Source of the DNA: an uncultured Dialister sp.
GTDB taxonomy: Bacteria > Bacillota > Negativicutes > Veillonellales > Dialisteraceae
Length of the DNA: 64,000 nt
Direction of reading: 5' to 3'
NCBI GenBank assembly: GCA_900547785.1
Contig: URIB01000003.1
Span: forward strand, 33,780-97,779
Below the pieces are notes generated by a model. It ran no database searches. It saw only the letters and a program-made list of their open reading frames with translations, and was not told the DNA's origin. Below, in pieces: positions 50,501 through 60,645 of this stretch. The position numbers and the translations under genes are program-made. Positions within the stretch are counted from its first letter, which is position 1. Each line of letters begins with the position of its first letter.

Positions 50501-51256
50501 TTATTTTTTCTTGCTTACCGTAAATCCCGTTCCCTGCTGATTGGCCATAATCACCACGTCACTGATTTGTACTCTCTTCGGGCGGTCAATAATGAAAGCA
50601 ATGACTTCCGCAATATCTTCCGCCTGCAGTGCATCTATTCCTTCATACACAGCGGCCGCTCTCTTTTTATCTCCTTTAAACCGGACTTCACTGAAAGGAG
50701 TTTCCACAATGCCCGGTTGTACGGTCGTCACTTTCACATCACTGTCGATGACGTCAATACGGATACCGTCACTGAATGTCTTAACCGCCGCTTTTGTTGC
50801 ACAATAGACAGCTGCCCCGGCATAGGCATAAAGCCCTGCTGTAGAACCCATATTCACAATATGCCCTCGATTTCGTCCGACCATTTCCGGAAGAAATGCA
50901 CGGGTAACGAGAAACAGACCTTTGATATTGGTATCAATCACTTCCACTATATCCTCTTCATGGGCTTCTCCATACGGTTCAAGTCCGCGGGCCAATCCCG
51001 CATCATTGACGAGAATATCAGGGGCACCCCAAGTCGTAAGACACTCTTTTGTGACCGTTTTCACCGCTTCTTGATCACGGACATCAAGTACATAGGTTTT
51101 CACTTTTACCGGGTGTTCTTTTTCTATTTTCTGTTTGATTTTTCCCAACTTGCTTTCATTTCTGGCAGCAATCGCCAAATCATACCCCTTTTCTGCCAAA
51201 GCCTTGGCCGTTGCAAGACCGATGCCGCTTGTTGCGCCTGTTATAAATGCAAACAT
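50501..51256 (-). CDS. SDR oxidoreductase (YdfG-like, NADP-dependent 3-hydroxy acid dehydrogenase)
   Basis: ITGATSGIG, VNDAGLARG, YCATK, PGIVETPFS.VRF.GD. Confidence 0.9.
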   Translation of the reverse strand: MFAFITGATSGIGLATAKALAEKGYDLAIAARNESKLGKIKQKIEKEHPVKVKTYVLDVRDQEAVKTVTKECLTTWGAPDILVNDAGLARGLEPYGEAHEEDIVEVIDTNIKGLFLVTRAFLPEMVGRNRGHIVNMGSTAGLYAYAGAAVYCATKAAVKTFSDGIRIDVIDSDVKVTTVQPGIVETPFSEVRFKGDKKRAAAVYEGIDALQAEDIAEVIAFIIDRPKRVQISDVVIMANQQGTGFTVSKKK

Positions 51257-51341
51257 ATATATCCTCCTTAGATTTTTCTTTTATTATACTATGCTTTTGC
51301 TTCTCCGTCCGAATTCTTTTACAATACAGGAAGGAGGTTCT

Positions 51342-51983
51342 ATGAAAAACTTGATTTCTTTCTTACTGTTCTCTTTATTGATTGCCGGTTGCAGCGGAGA
51401 AAAATCAACATTCTCCATACCCGATCCCCCGCCGGCCTCCGATACGGAATCAACAGAAAAACTGCCAAAACTCCACGAAATTCTTCCCGCTTCTCAATCT
51501 TTTTATCAGCAAGCCGTTCTTGCTTACGGCAAAGGAAATCATACAGACGCCTTGCAGCTCGCCAACCGGGCTCTGGAGCAGGATAAAGAAAATTATCAGG
51601 CTTTATCTCTGAAAGGAATTATTTTAGCATTTGATATGTCTCCTGAAGAGGGCATTCCCTACATAGAGAAATCACTAACCATCGCCCCCGGCTATACGCA
51701 GGCTTTCTATGACATGGCAATGGCACAAAAATTAGGCGGACACCCCGATATATCCAATGCATATTTTGAAAAAGTCGTGCATTCCGATTCTCAAAATGTA
51801 TGGTCTTATTATGGCATGGCAACCAATTGGGCGGATATGGGAAATAAAGACCGGTCTCTTTTGTATTTGGAAAAAGCGGTTGTTCTTGGCGGTGCAGATG
51901 TAATAGCCGCTGCGGAACGCCAGAATCATTTTTCCCGCTTCAGAGATGACACTGATTTCCAAAAAATTTTGGACAAAAAATAA
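51342..51983 (+). CDS. TPR-repeat lipoprotein
   Basis: ATG 51342 follows AAGGAGG; lipobox LIAG-C; several TPR-like helix pairs. Confidence 0.82.
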   Translation: MKNLISFLLFSLLIAGCSGEKSTFSIPDPPPASDTESTEKLPKLHEILPASQSFYQQAVLAYGKGNHTDALQLANRALEQDKENYQALSLKGIILAFDMSPEEGIPYIEKSLTIAPGYTQAFYDMAMAQKLGGHPDISNAYFEKVVHSDSQNVWSYYGMATNWADMGNKDRSLLYLEKAVVLGGADVIAAAERQNHFSRFRDDTDFQKILDKK

Positions 51984-52021
51984 ATACACACTCCGAGGTC
52001 TTTCCAAAGAGTGTGTATTTT

Positions 52022-53914
52022 TTATTCCATATGTTCCGCCAATGCATCCCATTTCCGGTATAAAGCGCCAAGTTTTTCTTCCGCTTCTTCATAGGCATCG
52101 CTCAGCTCCGAATAATTCTCCGGCTCCGTATTCATCCGCACACTGTACATTTTTATGGTTGCTTCCAATCTGGCGATTTCCATTTCTATATGTTCCAGCT
52201 TTTCCATCTGTCCCGGGGAAATTTCTTTTTTTGACGGTTTTATTTTTTCTTTCTTTTCTTTTGTTTCGGCTTCTTTATTTTCTCTCCTTTCCTGTATTTC
52301 TCCATTTCTGTCGTTCTCAAACGCTTCCAAATCTTTTTTCTTTTCTTTGTAATAAGAGTAATTTCCCAGGTATTCCGTGATTTTCCCGTCTGCCATTTCC
52401 AAAATTCTTGTAACCGCTTTATCAAGAAAATACCGGTCATGAGATACAACCAGACAAGTACCTCCAAAAGATTGGAGTGCCTCTTCCATAATTTCCCGGG
52501 TAGGAATGTCCAGATGGTTGGTCGGCTCATCAAGAATTAAAAAGTTGGGTCTTTCTAAAAATAAACAAAGAAGAGAAAGTCTTGCTTTTTCTCCGCCGGA
52601 CAGATGACTGACCTGCTTGAATACGTCATCCCCATGAAATAAAAACATACCTAAAATATTTCTTGCTTCCTGCTCCCCGAAATGAAAAGTATTTCTTACT
52701 TCATCAATCACTGCCGCTCTCGCATGAAGACGCTCCTGTTCTTGGGAATAATATCCGATTCGCACCTGATTTCCGATACGCACCAGAGAATCTCCGGATT
52801 TTATTTCGCCTAAAATCATTTTAAGAAGCGTTGTTTTACCGGCACCGTTCGGTCCGATAAGCCCAACACGATCGCCCTTCTTTATGTGCAACTCCAGTCC
52901 TTTAAAAATGACGCGTTCTCCATAAGAAGCCTCTCCTCTCAATACGTCCAGAACTTTTTCCGCCGACTCTTCTGCAGAAGGAAAATGAAAATCCAGCCTT
53001 GCCTGATGCACCGGCTTTTCCAGACGCTCCAACCTGTTTAACTGTGACTGTCTTCCCCGTGCCTGTTTCGATTTAATACCCGCCTTGTATTTCCGGATAT
53101 ATTCTTCTGTTTCCCTGATGTGCTCCTGTTGTTTTTCATAGGCTTTCTCATAGGCCTCATCCTGATTTTTTTTCGTAACCAGATAGCGGGTATATCCGCC
53201 GCAGAATGTGCGTATCCGGTGATTTTCCAAATCAATAATTCCTGTCGCCGCCGCATCTAAAAAATAACGGTCATGGGAAATCATCAAAATACCGCCTTTA
53301 TAGGAACGGAGATATTCTTCCAGCCACTCCAGCATGCCCATGTCCAGATGGTTCGTCGGTTCATCAAGCAAAAGAAAATCGGGATGACGGACAAAAGCCG
53401 CTGCTAAATTGATTCTTACTTTTTGACCGCCTGAAAAAGAATGGATATCTCTATCCCAGTCTTCCTCCGTAAATCCCAGTCCTGTCAATATTTTCCGGGT
53501 CGTCGACTCATAATCATATCCGCCAAGAAATTCAAATCTGGCTTCCGCTTGTCCATATTGGGCAACGATTTCTTTATTTTCATGATCCGCTTCCAATACT
53601 TTGGCAAGAGATTCCATTTTTTCTTTATAATATAAAACATCTTTCCATGCCGCCTGCATCTCTTCACGGACAGTAGTACTTTCATAATTGAAATCTTGGC
53701 GCAAATAGCCGATAACAGCCCCATTTTCCGCTTTTACGGAACCGCTGTCAAACTCCTCCGCTCCCATAATGCATTTTAAAAGTGTCGTTTTCCCCGCTCC
53801 GTTAGCTCCGACAAGTCCGATCCGTTCTCCGCTTCTTATATCAAAAGAAACATTTTCAAATACTTTTTCAATCCCGAAAGATTTCGTCAATCCGTTGATT
53901 CTTAATACTGCCAT
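52022..53914 (-). CDS. ABC-F family ATP-binding protein
   Basis: Two ABC domains (GANGAGKTT, GPNGAGKTT, LDEPTNHLD twice), no TM segments, C-terminal coiled coil. Confidence 0.95.
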   Translation of the reverse strand: MAVLRINGLTKSFGIEKVFENVSFDIRSGERIGLVGANGAGKTTLLKCIMGAEEFDSGSVKAENGAVIGYLRQDFNYESTTVREEMQAAWKDVLYYKEKMESLAKVLEADHENKEIVAQYGQAEARFEFLGGYDYESTTRKILTGLGFTEEDWDRDIHSFSGGQKVRINLAAAFVRHPDFLLLDEPTNHLDMGMLEWLEEYLRSYKGGILMISHDRYFLDAAATGIIDLENHRIRTFCGGYTRYLVTKKNQDEAYEKAYEKQQEHIRETEEYIRKYKAGIKSKQARGRQSQLNRLERLEKPVHQARLDFHFPSAEESAEKVLDVLRGEASYGERVIFKGLELHIKKGDRVGLIGPNGAGKTTLLKMILGEIKSGDSLVRIGNQVRIGYYSQEQERLHARAAVIDEVRNTFHFGEQEARNILGMFLFHGDDVFKQVSHLSGGEKARLSLLCLFLERPNFLILDEPTNHLDIPTREIMEEALQSFGGTCLVVSHDRYFLDKAVTRILEMADGKITEYLGNYSYYKEKKKDLEAFENDRNGEIQERRENKEAETKEKKEKIKPSKKEISPGQMEKLEHIEMEIARLEATIKMYSVRMNTEPENYSELSDAYEEAEEKLGALYRKWDALAEHME

Positions 53915-53941
53915 ACTTTCCGTCTTTCTCCCTGCCGTCCG

Positions 53942-55450
53942 TCATTCAATGATATCGGCTCTTATTATAATGATAATTTCAGACTCTTCCAAAGACTGTC
54001 CCCGGCTTTGAAAGAGTTTTCCCAGTAAAGGAATATCTCCTAAAATAGGAACTTTTCTAAATGTTCTGCTTTCTTCCTTATCAATCAGGCCTCCGATTGT
54101 CAGCATGTCTCCCGATTTCAGCCTGACCATGGTATCCGCCTGTCTGGTAATAATCCGGTACGCTTTCATCTCAGGCACGAGATAGGGAGTAGATACCTCT
54201 GCATTAATCCGGGCCGTAATTTCATTTCTTTCACTAATCCGTGGGGTATAAGAAAGTTTAATTCCCGCATCTCTGTATTCCGTTGTTGTCGTTCTGACTC
54301 CGTTATCCAGATGCTCTACCAATACGGGGATTTTATTTCCAATCAATATTTCCGCTTCTTTTCCATTCATCGTTACCACATTGGGCTTTGCCAAAATCCG
54401 TGCTTTCCCTTGGGAAACAAGTGCGTTTAAACGAGCCTGGAAAAAGAAAGTATAAGGATGACCCGTGATGGAACGACCATAGGATAGTCCCGCATATCCT
54501 TCAGGTACACTGACATTCCATCCGTTATGTTCTATATTTTTCATTCGGGGATTGCCGTTTTTATCGTATCGGATTTGCCCCTGTTCATCAGTGACATATT
54601 GTTTTTCATTCCAACTTTCACGATGATAACCGGCGCTTCCCGTCAACGGTTTAAAATCCCAATCTATGCCCAATTCTTTTGCATGCGAACGATTGACGGC
54701 AATCACTTCGGCTTCTATTTTTACCTGTTTTTCCGGTATATCCAACCGTCGGAGCATTTCTTCCGTCTGCATCAACTCCAAAGGTGTTCCGCTCACAAAA
54801 ATCGTATTGGCTGTACGGTTATAACTTACATGGCTATCATCCGATAACCGGCTTAAACTCTCCGCCACTTCTTCAGCATCGGCATATGACAATCGGTATC
54901 CTTTCGCCATCCGCTTTTTCTTTGTATCATCGCTTTCATTGAAAATAACGATTGTATTCCTGTCAATTCTTGCAGCAAGTCCGCCGGAGGCCAGTACAAA
55001 TTCCATGGCCTCTTCAGGTGTGACATGATCTATATCCGCCGTCACCACGCCTGACAAATGTCCCGAAAAAATAATATTTCTATGGGTCAGTTCCGCCAAA
55101 CTCTGTAAAATCCCCTGCACGGGAGCATTTTTCACATGCAGACTGAAATCCGATCGGTTTTCAGTCATTTTTTGTTCTCCCGCGATTTCCTGCGTTTTAA
55201 GTTTCGTCCCCTGTTGTAATTCTATCCGGTCCATGCTTTCCGGCACAGTTTCATGGACACTTTTTTTCATATCCGTCTCCCCGATGCCGGCCGGAGTTAT
55301 ATTTTTAGCAAAAGAAATGCTTCCTAAAGACAAAAAGAAGCAGGTGCTTACCAGCACCGCCATGAGTTTTATGAAATTAAATTCAATGTTCTTTTTTCCG
55401 TCCCTCTGAATAAGTCCACTGATTTTTTTTGAATTGATGATACTGTCCAT
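53942..55450 (-). CDS. Outer-membrane secretin (PilQ/GspD family)
   Basis: STN-like and N domains, LDIPEKQVKIEA, ELGIDW, ILAKPNVVTMNGKEAEILIG, IGGLI, KVPILGDIPLLGKLF. Start uncertain (55450 or 55363). Confidence 0.92.
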   Translation of the reverse strand: MDSIINSKKISGLIQRDGKKNIEFNFIKLMAVLVSTCFFLSLGSISFAKNITPAGIGETDMKKSVHETVPESMDRIELQQGTKLKTQEIAGEQKMTENRSDFSLHVKNAPVQGILQSLAELTHRNIIFSGHLSGVVTADIDHVTPEEAMEFVLASGGLAARIDRNTIVIFNESDDTKKKRMAKGYRLSYADAEEVAESLSRLSDDSHVSYNRTANTIFVSGTPLELMQTEEMLRRLDIPEKQVKIEAEVIAVNRSHAKELGIDWDFKPLTGSAGYHRESWNEKQYVTDEQGQIRYDKNGNPRMKNIEHNGWNVSVPEGYAGLSYGRSITGHPYTFFFQARLNALVSQGKARILAKPNVVTMNGKEAEILIGNKIPVLVEHLDNGVRTTTTEYRDAGIKLSYTPRISERNEITARINAEVSTPYLVPEMKAYRIITRQADTMVRLKSGDMLTIGGLIDKEESRTFRKVPILGDIPLLGKLFQSRGQSLEESEIIIIIRADIIE

Positions 55451-55887
55451 TCTCCCACCCGATCTCCTCTCCGAACTGTGAGTGATTTTCCCTCTATTTC
55501 CAGCATGGCCAGATACACGTTATTAAAGCTTATAATTCCCTGAAGCACCGGTATTGCGGATATTTCTTTTTCTGTTTTCCTCGGCGGCTGTTGTTTTCCT
55601 GATTTCTGATCCTTTCCGGGTTGTTTTGCATATTTACTTTCTGCCTGAAAAGGATCGCGGAGCGGTTTTGCCCGTAAATAAAGAGCAGCATCATATTTTT
55701 TTGTACTGCTCTTCCCTTCGGCTTCCTCTGCAGCAGGTGAATATACGGAAGCCGTTATTACTTTGTTTCTTTCCTTTTCATCGGACATGACATCGGTATT
55801 TCCCGTACCCCAAATGCCCCAAATCATAAAAACAGCCCCTGCCATTCCTGCTGCCAGTAACTTTTCCCTTTTGGTTACCCCTCTCAT
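55369..55887 (-). CDS. PilP/GspC-like membrane-anchored protein
   Basis: N-terminal TM segment, LRDPF motif, L.GII.....AML...G....VR.GD.VG.WTV..I beta domain; directly upstream of the secretin. Confidence 0.65.
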   Translation of the reverse strand: MRGVTKREKLLAAGMAGAVFMIWGIWGTGNTDVMSDEKERNKVITASVYSPAAEEAEGKSSTKKYDAALYLRAKPLRDPFQAESKYAKQPGKDQKSGKQQPPRKTEKEISAIPVLQGIISFNNVYLAMLEIEGKSLTVRRGDRVGEWTVSSIQKKSVDLFRGTEKRTLNLIS

Positions 55888-56001
55888 ACCCTTACACTTT
55901 CTCTATCTGTTCTGAATGACCGCAGCGAACTGATACGGAATCCTCCGGAGTCACGCACCGCTTTTGACAGAAAACTTTGACCGCCACTTCCTATATGAAA
56001 A

Positions 56002-57642
56002 TTAGAATTTAAAATCTTTTGGACTGATCATGACCCGTACATCTCCCATGACCCGGTCATATCTGATCCAACCGTAAAAAGAATGCATGTCCCTATAATA
56101 TGTGTAATAACGATGCCGTAAATTTCCATTCACCGTATCAATTGACCAGGAAATGCTAACCGCATCTTTTGGCGTCAACTCAATGCGAAAACCCGTATCC
56201 AGAGGATTTTCCATGCTGTACGTGTCATATAAGTAAGGAGAAACTCCTTTTAAATTTCTTTCCGTATAATCAACCCATCCGCTGAAAGAACGATATTTTC
56301 CCTGCAAGCCTATCGAATAATAGCTGCTTTTTCTTATGCCGTCCTTTGCGGTGACAAGATTTTTGGCTTTGTATTCTTTGTAATCATAATAATCCTTGGC
56401 ATGACCTATTCTCCAGTTGAACGTAAGAAATTTGCCCAGCGGAACAGTTGGTCCTGATATATAGACATCAAATCCTTTATATGGACCTTTTACTTTTTTA
56501 TCCCCCCAAGATTCATCCCAATAGCTGATTTCGCCACGGAAAGAAGCATATATGGGGCTTTTCCCGAAATAATACTTTTGGGAATCAAAAACGAATGCCG
56601 GTTTCTTCTTGATCCAGATTCCGCCTTCATCATTAGTCGCACTTTCTTTTTCTGCATAATACAGTGCTATTTGCCCTGCCGGTATTTCATACCTTACCCC
56701 TATATCAGGCTTGTATCCTACTTTACTATACCAGGTATTCCTCATATAAAAGCTTAAATCATGATTCCGGTTCAAAGGAATATCAATTCTATTTTGCAGT
56801 CCCCAACCGTTATCATTATCATACATGGGTCTCGGCATCAAAGACCATACGCCGGGACCTCTGTCACTTGATAAACTTCCGCTATATTTAGAAAGTGTGA
56901 TTACCGTCGTATTTTTAAATTTCAATTTTACGTTGTGCGCCACATATCTGTCCCCGGGATACATGTCAATCAAATCTGCTTCTATCCGATAGTCGGGAAC
57001 TTTGGCAACTGCATGTTTCGTCGTAAAATATCCATTTCTTACCACTATTTTATTGGCATCACGGTCATAGATACCGTCTGTCCCCCGGAAATAGTATAAA
57101 TCTGACTCCCAACCGGATACTTTTTGGAACTTGCCGGTCGCAGAAGAGCCGTCATACTCCGCACTTTCCGCTTCCATTTTCAAGGTGGGATTCACCCATT
57201 GAATCGCTCCGGGAACCACATATTTCTGCGTCAATGTATTCCCATATACATAGTCGGCTGTATAGCGATCCATCATGTGCTCTATCCGGATATATCCCGA
57301 AAGAGCAATATCTCCCGTTTCATGATTATATTTGATTTTATCCGCCTCTAAACGCAACGGATTTTCCGGTGATATGGGCTGTTCTTTTCTTTTATCTTTT
57401 CTTGGGGAGCCTGTGTTCAAATTTTCTTTTTTTTCTGTATGCGAAAAAGATACACGGCCGGTTGTTTCCGGAGAATACGCCGCCTTGTATTCATTGCCCT
57501 GACGCATCTGTGCTTTCACCGTATCAGAAACTATAGAGTTTCTTTTTTCCGCATTTTCCATACCGGTATCGGCAGCCCGGGGTTCATATCCGCCTGCCGC
57601 CAATGCTGCCAACACCAATACTGCACATACTCTTTTATTCAT
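56002..57642 (-). CDS. LptD/OstA-like LPS-assembly outer-membrane protein (Negativicutes type)
   Basis: Signal peptide, beta-jellyroll-like N part (LEADKIKYN, FTT....PDYRIEA..I.MYPGD), aromatic-rich beta strands, C-terminal Phe. Confidence 0.7.
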   Translation of the reverse strand: MNKRVCAVLVLAALAAGGYEPRAADTGMENAEKRNSIVSDTVKAQMRQGNEYKAAYSPETTGRVSFSHTEKKENLNTGSPRKDKRKEQPISPENPLRLEADKIKYNHETGDIALSGYIRIEHMMDRYTADYVYGNTLTQKYVVPGAIQWVNPTLKMEAESAEYDGSSATGKFQKVSGWESDLYYFRGTDGIYDRDANKIVVRNGYFTTKHAVAKVPDYRIEADLIDMYPGDRYVAHNVKLKFKNTTVITLSKYSGSLSSDRGPGVWSLMPRPMYDNDNGWGLQNRIDIPLNRNHDLSFYMRNTWYSKVGYKPDIGVRYEIPAGQIALYYAEKESATNDEGGIWIKKKPAFVFDSQKYYFGKSPIYASFRGEISYWDESWGDKKVKGPYKGFDVYISGPTVPLGKFLTFNWRIGHAKDYYDYKEYKAKNLVTAKDGIRKSSYYSIGLQGKYRSFSGWVDYTERNLKGVSPYLYDTYSMENPLDTGFRIELTPKDAVSISWSIDTVNGNLRHRYYTYYRDMHSFYGWIRYDRVMGDVRVMISPKDFKF

Positions 57643-58852
57643 TTCTTACAATAACCACGGAAGCGGTATCATCTTCTTCATCAGCCGCTTTTTCCGCTTT
57701 TTCCGCTTTTTCTTTCGTACTGTCTGCTTGTGTTTTTATCTCTGTCACTTTTGAGGAAGCTATAGCATCAGGATTTATTTCTTCTCCCGCTGCATTTATA
57801 AACTTTAATTCCTCTCTTGCTTTCTCGACGGTATCTTCCGTTTCCTCTTTTAAAACATCTTTCTCCGATGCATTCCCCTGTTTCTCTGCCATTACCGTTT
57901 TAGTGACACGATCCCGAATCATTACCTGAGGCATTCCCGCCTCCATAACAAGCCCTTTCGTCATCACACTGCTTTGTGTCTGGATATATAATTCAGTCCC
58001 TGCAGGAATCTCCACATCTTTCCCTTTCACGAAAAAGCCGCCGACAAGTCCAATCGGTCCTAAAGCCAATGCGCCTACCGCAGAAGCGCCTACCGCCGCG
58101 GCCTCCATTTTCAATTTTTCTTTGGCCTCCGGTCCTAAAACGGTGGGAATCGGCTCGTCATCCAAAGAAAATACCTGATCAAAAGAAATATCCAATTTCC
58201 CGCTTCTTCCGAAACTCTTCGGCTGCGATACCTTAGTAATCACGCCGCTTCCCTGTGATCCTTTAGGGAGGACCAGATTATCTCCCACCTTCACATCCTC
58301 ACGAACCGTAAAGGTAACTTCGTCGCCCACCTGATTGACTTTACTGCTGACATCTTCATTAATCGCAATTTTGAAGACAGTTTTAGCAGGAAGCAACACT
58401 TTTTTCATTTCAAAATGCTGGTCTCCGTATACCGCCTCTTCCAAATCAGCCGAACGACGATCCAAAGCACCCTTTCTTGCCTGACCGAAAACAGTTTTTT
58501 CCAAATTGGCAATTCGTTCTTCCAAAGCCTCTCTTTTGACTTCATCGGTTAAATAATATTCCAACGCATTTGTTCTGGACAAAATGGACGGCGCCGCATC
58601 ATTTCCGCTATTAACCACATCCAGATAGACATTGCCGATTCTGTCATCCAATCCGGAGCCTGTCATATTTCCTTTTCCATAAATCAGGTTATCCACCGAC
58701 GAAATACGATCCAGTAAGGATCCGCTTTTAGTTTCCCCATAAACCACTTGCTCTACTCTATCCATACGCCCGCTGATGGTAGCCGGTTCCGCCGCAAAAG
58801 CGGGAAATGCAAGCCATAAGGAAACGCCTGCTGCGATAATCGCTTTATTCAT
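57635..58852 (-). CDS. Secreted hypothetical protein with helical repeats and a beta-rich domain
   Basis: Signal peptide (AFA), repeated R...(V/L)E..(V/I)(Y/F)G units, beta domain ending KGKDVEIPAGTEL, glycine-zipper segment. Confidence 0.75.
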   Translation of the reverse strand: MNKAIIAAGVSLWLAFPAFAAEPATISGRMDRVEQVVYGETKSGSLLDRISSVDNLIYGKGNMTGSGLDDRIGNVYLDVVNSGNDAAPSILSRTNALEYYLTDEVKREALEERIANLEKTVFGQARKGALDRRSADLEEAVYGDQHFEMKKVLLPAKTVFKIAINEDVSSKVNQVGDEVTFTVREDVKVGDNLVLPKGSQGSGVITKVSQPKSFGRSGKLDISFDQVFSLDDEPIPTVLGPEAKEKLKMEAAAVGASAVGALALGPIGLVGGFFVKGKDVEIPAGTELYIQTQSSVMTKGLVMEAGMPQVMIRDRVTKTVMAEKQGNASEKDVLKEETEDTVEKAREELKFINAAGEEINPDAIASSKVTEIKTQADSTKEKAEKAEKAADEEDDTASVVIVRNE

Positions 58853-58866
58853 ATGTATGCCTCCTG

Positions 58867-59313
58867 TTAAATTCTTACATCAATAACGGCAGAAACGCCT
58901 ACCCCTTGTACACGGCTGAATTTCGCCGGGTTTTTGCTGTCCATGGGAATCAGCCCCTTGATTCTGAAAAGCTGATCATTCCATCCGATTTCCAACTGTC
59001 CTACCGCCTCTACTTTTGCCACCTGTTCTTCACTCCCGATAACCTGGGCCGCTCCGATATGACCTTTATTTCCTATACTGATGATCGGCACCACTTTCGT
59101 TGCATAGTTCGTACCTGCCCCTTCTTTCATCATCACGGAATTGATGGCACTGTTAACGGACGCCCCATATTTATCTACTAAAAAGCCGATACCGCCTACT
59201 TTGAGTACACCACCAAGAATACTTCCAAGACCTGAAGCCGATACACCGGTGCAAACACCGGCACCAATCATGGAAGCCACCAAAAATGACACGGCTATTC
59301 TTCTTATTTTCAT
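58867..59313 (-). CDS. Secreted hypothetical protein
   Basis: SD AAGGAGG, signal peptide, glycine-rich amphipathic region, TKVVPIISIG. Confidence 0.75.
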   Translation of the reverse strand: MKIRRIAVSFLVASMIGAGVCTGVSASGLGSILGGVLKVGGIGFLVDKYGASVNSAINSVMMKEGAGTNYATKVVPIISIGNKGHIGAAQVIGSEEQVAKVEAVGQLEIGWNDQLFRIKGLIPMDSKNPAKFSRVQGVGVSAVIDVRI

Positions 59314-59500
59314 GGTAAAATCCTCCTTGTTGCAAATATTCCGACTCTATTGTCTTTATTTTTACTGCATCTATCTAATTATAATTTAAAAAAGACGCCT
59401 GTGCAAACAGACGCCTCTTGACCGGGAAATATTTTCTTTCTATCTATATTTCATTTATACTTTTCAAATGGTTCCCTTCCAAAATATCGGTGAATATCTG

Positions 59501-60175
59501 TCAAACAACAGATAAGATTCCGAAAATCGTCCCTAACGGCAGTAAAAGCATTACGACTGCCAATCCGAAACAGCCTCCCTTTTTCCCGTTGACCGCCAGC
59601 CAGTCATCAGCAATTTCTTTCATCGCTTTAAATTCCGTATCCATGTCTTTAATCAATTTCCAAAGCTCCCGGCAATCCTCTTCGGTCATTTCCCCAGTCT
59701 GCGGAACCTCTTTATTTTTCCGTTGCTTCAGCATACTTTCTTTTCTTTTCTTTTCCTCTTCTTCCGCCGCTTTTATTTCCGCTTTAATATCCGTTTGCCA
59801 GTCTCCTGATGTTTTCGGCTTTTCTTCTTCCTTCTCCACTTTTTCTTCTTGCAGGGTATCTACAGCCTTCACAACGCCCGCATCAACCGCCTTCAACAAT
59901 TCCTTTTTCAGCCGGTCCATATCTTCCGAATATTTATGAACGGCTGCATCCCAAAGCGCTTCATCAATCCGCTTTCTGAAGTCATACATTGTCCCTCTTG
60001 TCGCCTGATCGAGCAGAAATTTTGTCTGTTCCATATCAAAAAAAATATCTCCGACAATTCCTTTGTTTTCAAACTTTTTCTTCCCTATCTTTACATCGTA
60101 TAAAAACGTTCCGATATGCGCCCGCAAAAGACCGATCGGGCTGCCGGATTCATTTTCTTTATCAAAAAAGCCCAT
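59501..60175 (-). CDS. Hypothetical protein with C-terminal membrane anchor
   Basis: ATG 60175 follows AAGGGGTGG; charged coiled coil; ends KKGGCFG plus a hydrophobic helix. Confidence 0.65.
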   Translation of the reverse strand: MGFFDKENESGSPIGLLRAHIGTFLYDVKIGKKKFENKGIVGDIFFDMEQTKFLLDQATRGTMYDFRKRIDEALWDAAVHKYSEDMDRLKKELLKAVDAGVVKAVDTLQEEKVEKEEEKPKTSGDWQTDIKAEIKAAEEEEKKRKESMLKQRKNKEVPQTGEMTEEDCRELWKLIKDMDTEFKAMKEIADDWLAVNGKKGGCFGLAVVMLLLPLGTIFGILSVV

Positions 60176-60288
60176 AAATTCCACCCCTTATTTTCATGAA
60201 TATATTAATTATATAAGATTCATAGAAATACCGCAAAATATTCTCATGAAAAAAGATCTCTCCCGTACAGGAAAGATCTTCCAAAAAA

Positions 60289-60362
60289 TGGAGCGGGTGA
60301 AGGGAATCGAACCCTCGTAACTAGCTTGGAAGGCTAGCGCTCTACCATTGAGCTACACCCGC
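60289..60362 (-). tRNA. tRNA-Gly(UCC)
   Basis: GCGGGUG acceptor, CUAGC-CU-UCC-AA-GCUAG anticodon arm, encoded CCA. Confidence 0.96.
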
Positions 60363-60365
60363 ATA

Positions 60366-60442
60366 TGGTCGGAGCAGCAGGATTTGAACCTGCGACCCCT
60401 TGGTCCCGAACCAAGTGCGCTACCAAACTGCGCTATGCCCCG
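60366..60442 (-). tRNA. tRNA-Pro(CGG)
   Basis: CGGGGCA acceptor, CUUGG-UU-CGG-GA-CCAAG anticodon arm, encoded CCA. Confidence 0.96.
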
Positions 60443-60454
60443 ACAACGTAGTTA

Positions 60455-60483
60455 ATTATAGCGGCAATTAAGTCATCTGTCAA
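60455..60483 (-). promoter_or_regulatory. Consensus sigma-A promoter for tRNA-Pro/tRNA-Gly
   Basis: TTGACA-17 nt-TATAAT. Confidence 0.88.
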
Positions 60484-60645
60484 TGGATTTTATAAAAAAC
60501 AATGACTTCTGCTAAATCATCCGATTTATACGGAAACGGAAACCAATTTTTGTTATGTGTTTTATTATACTACATTTCTCCAAATTTTACAAAATTTATA
60601 CTCCGTTTGGCTGTTTTACGTTTCTTCTCTTGTTACCATGGCCGC

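Noticed and set aside
55884..56001. Open frame ending in an ATGA overlap with the pilP-like start, possibly a pilO remnant
   Set aside because: About 40 codons, no start codon, and only vague similarity; compatible with chance.
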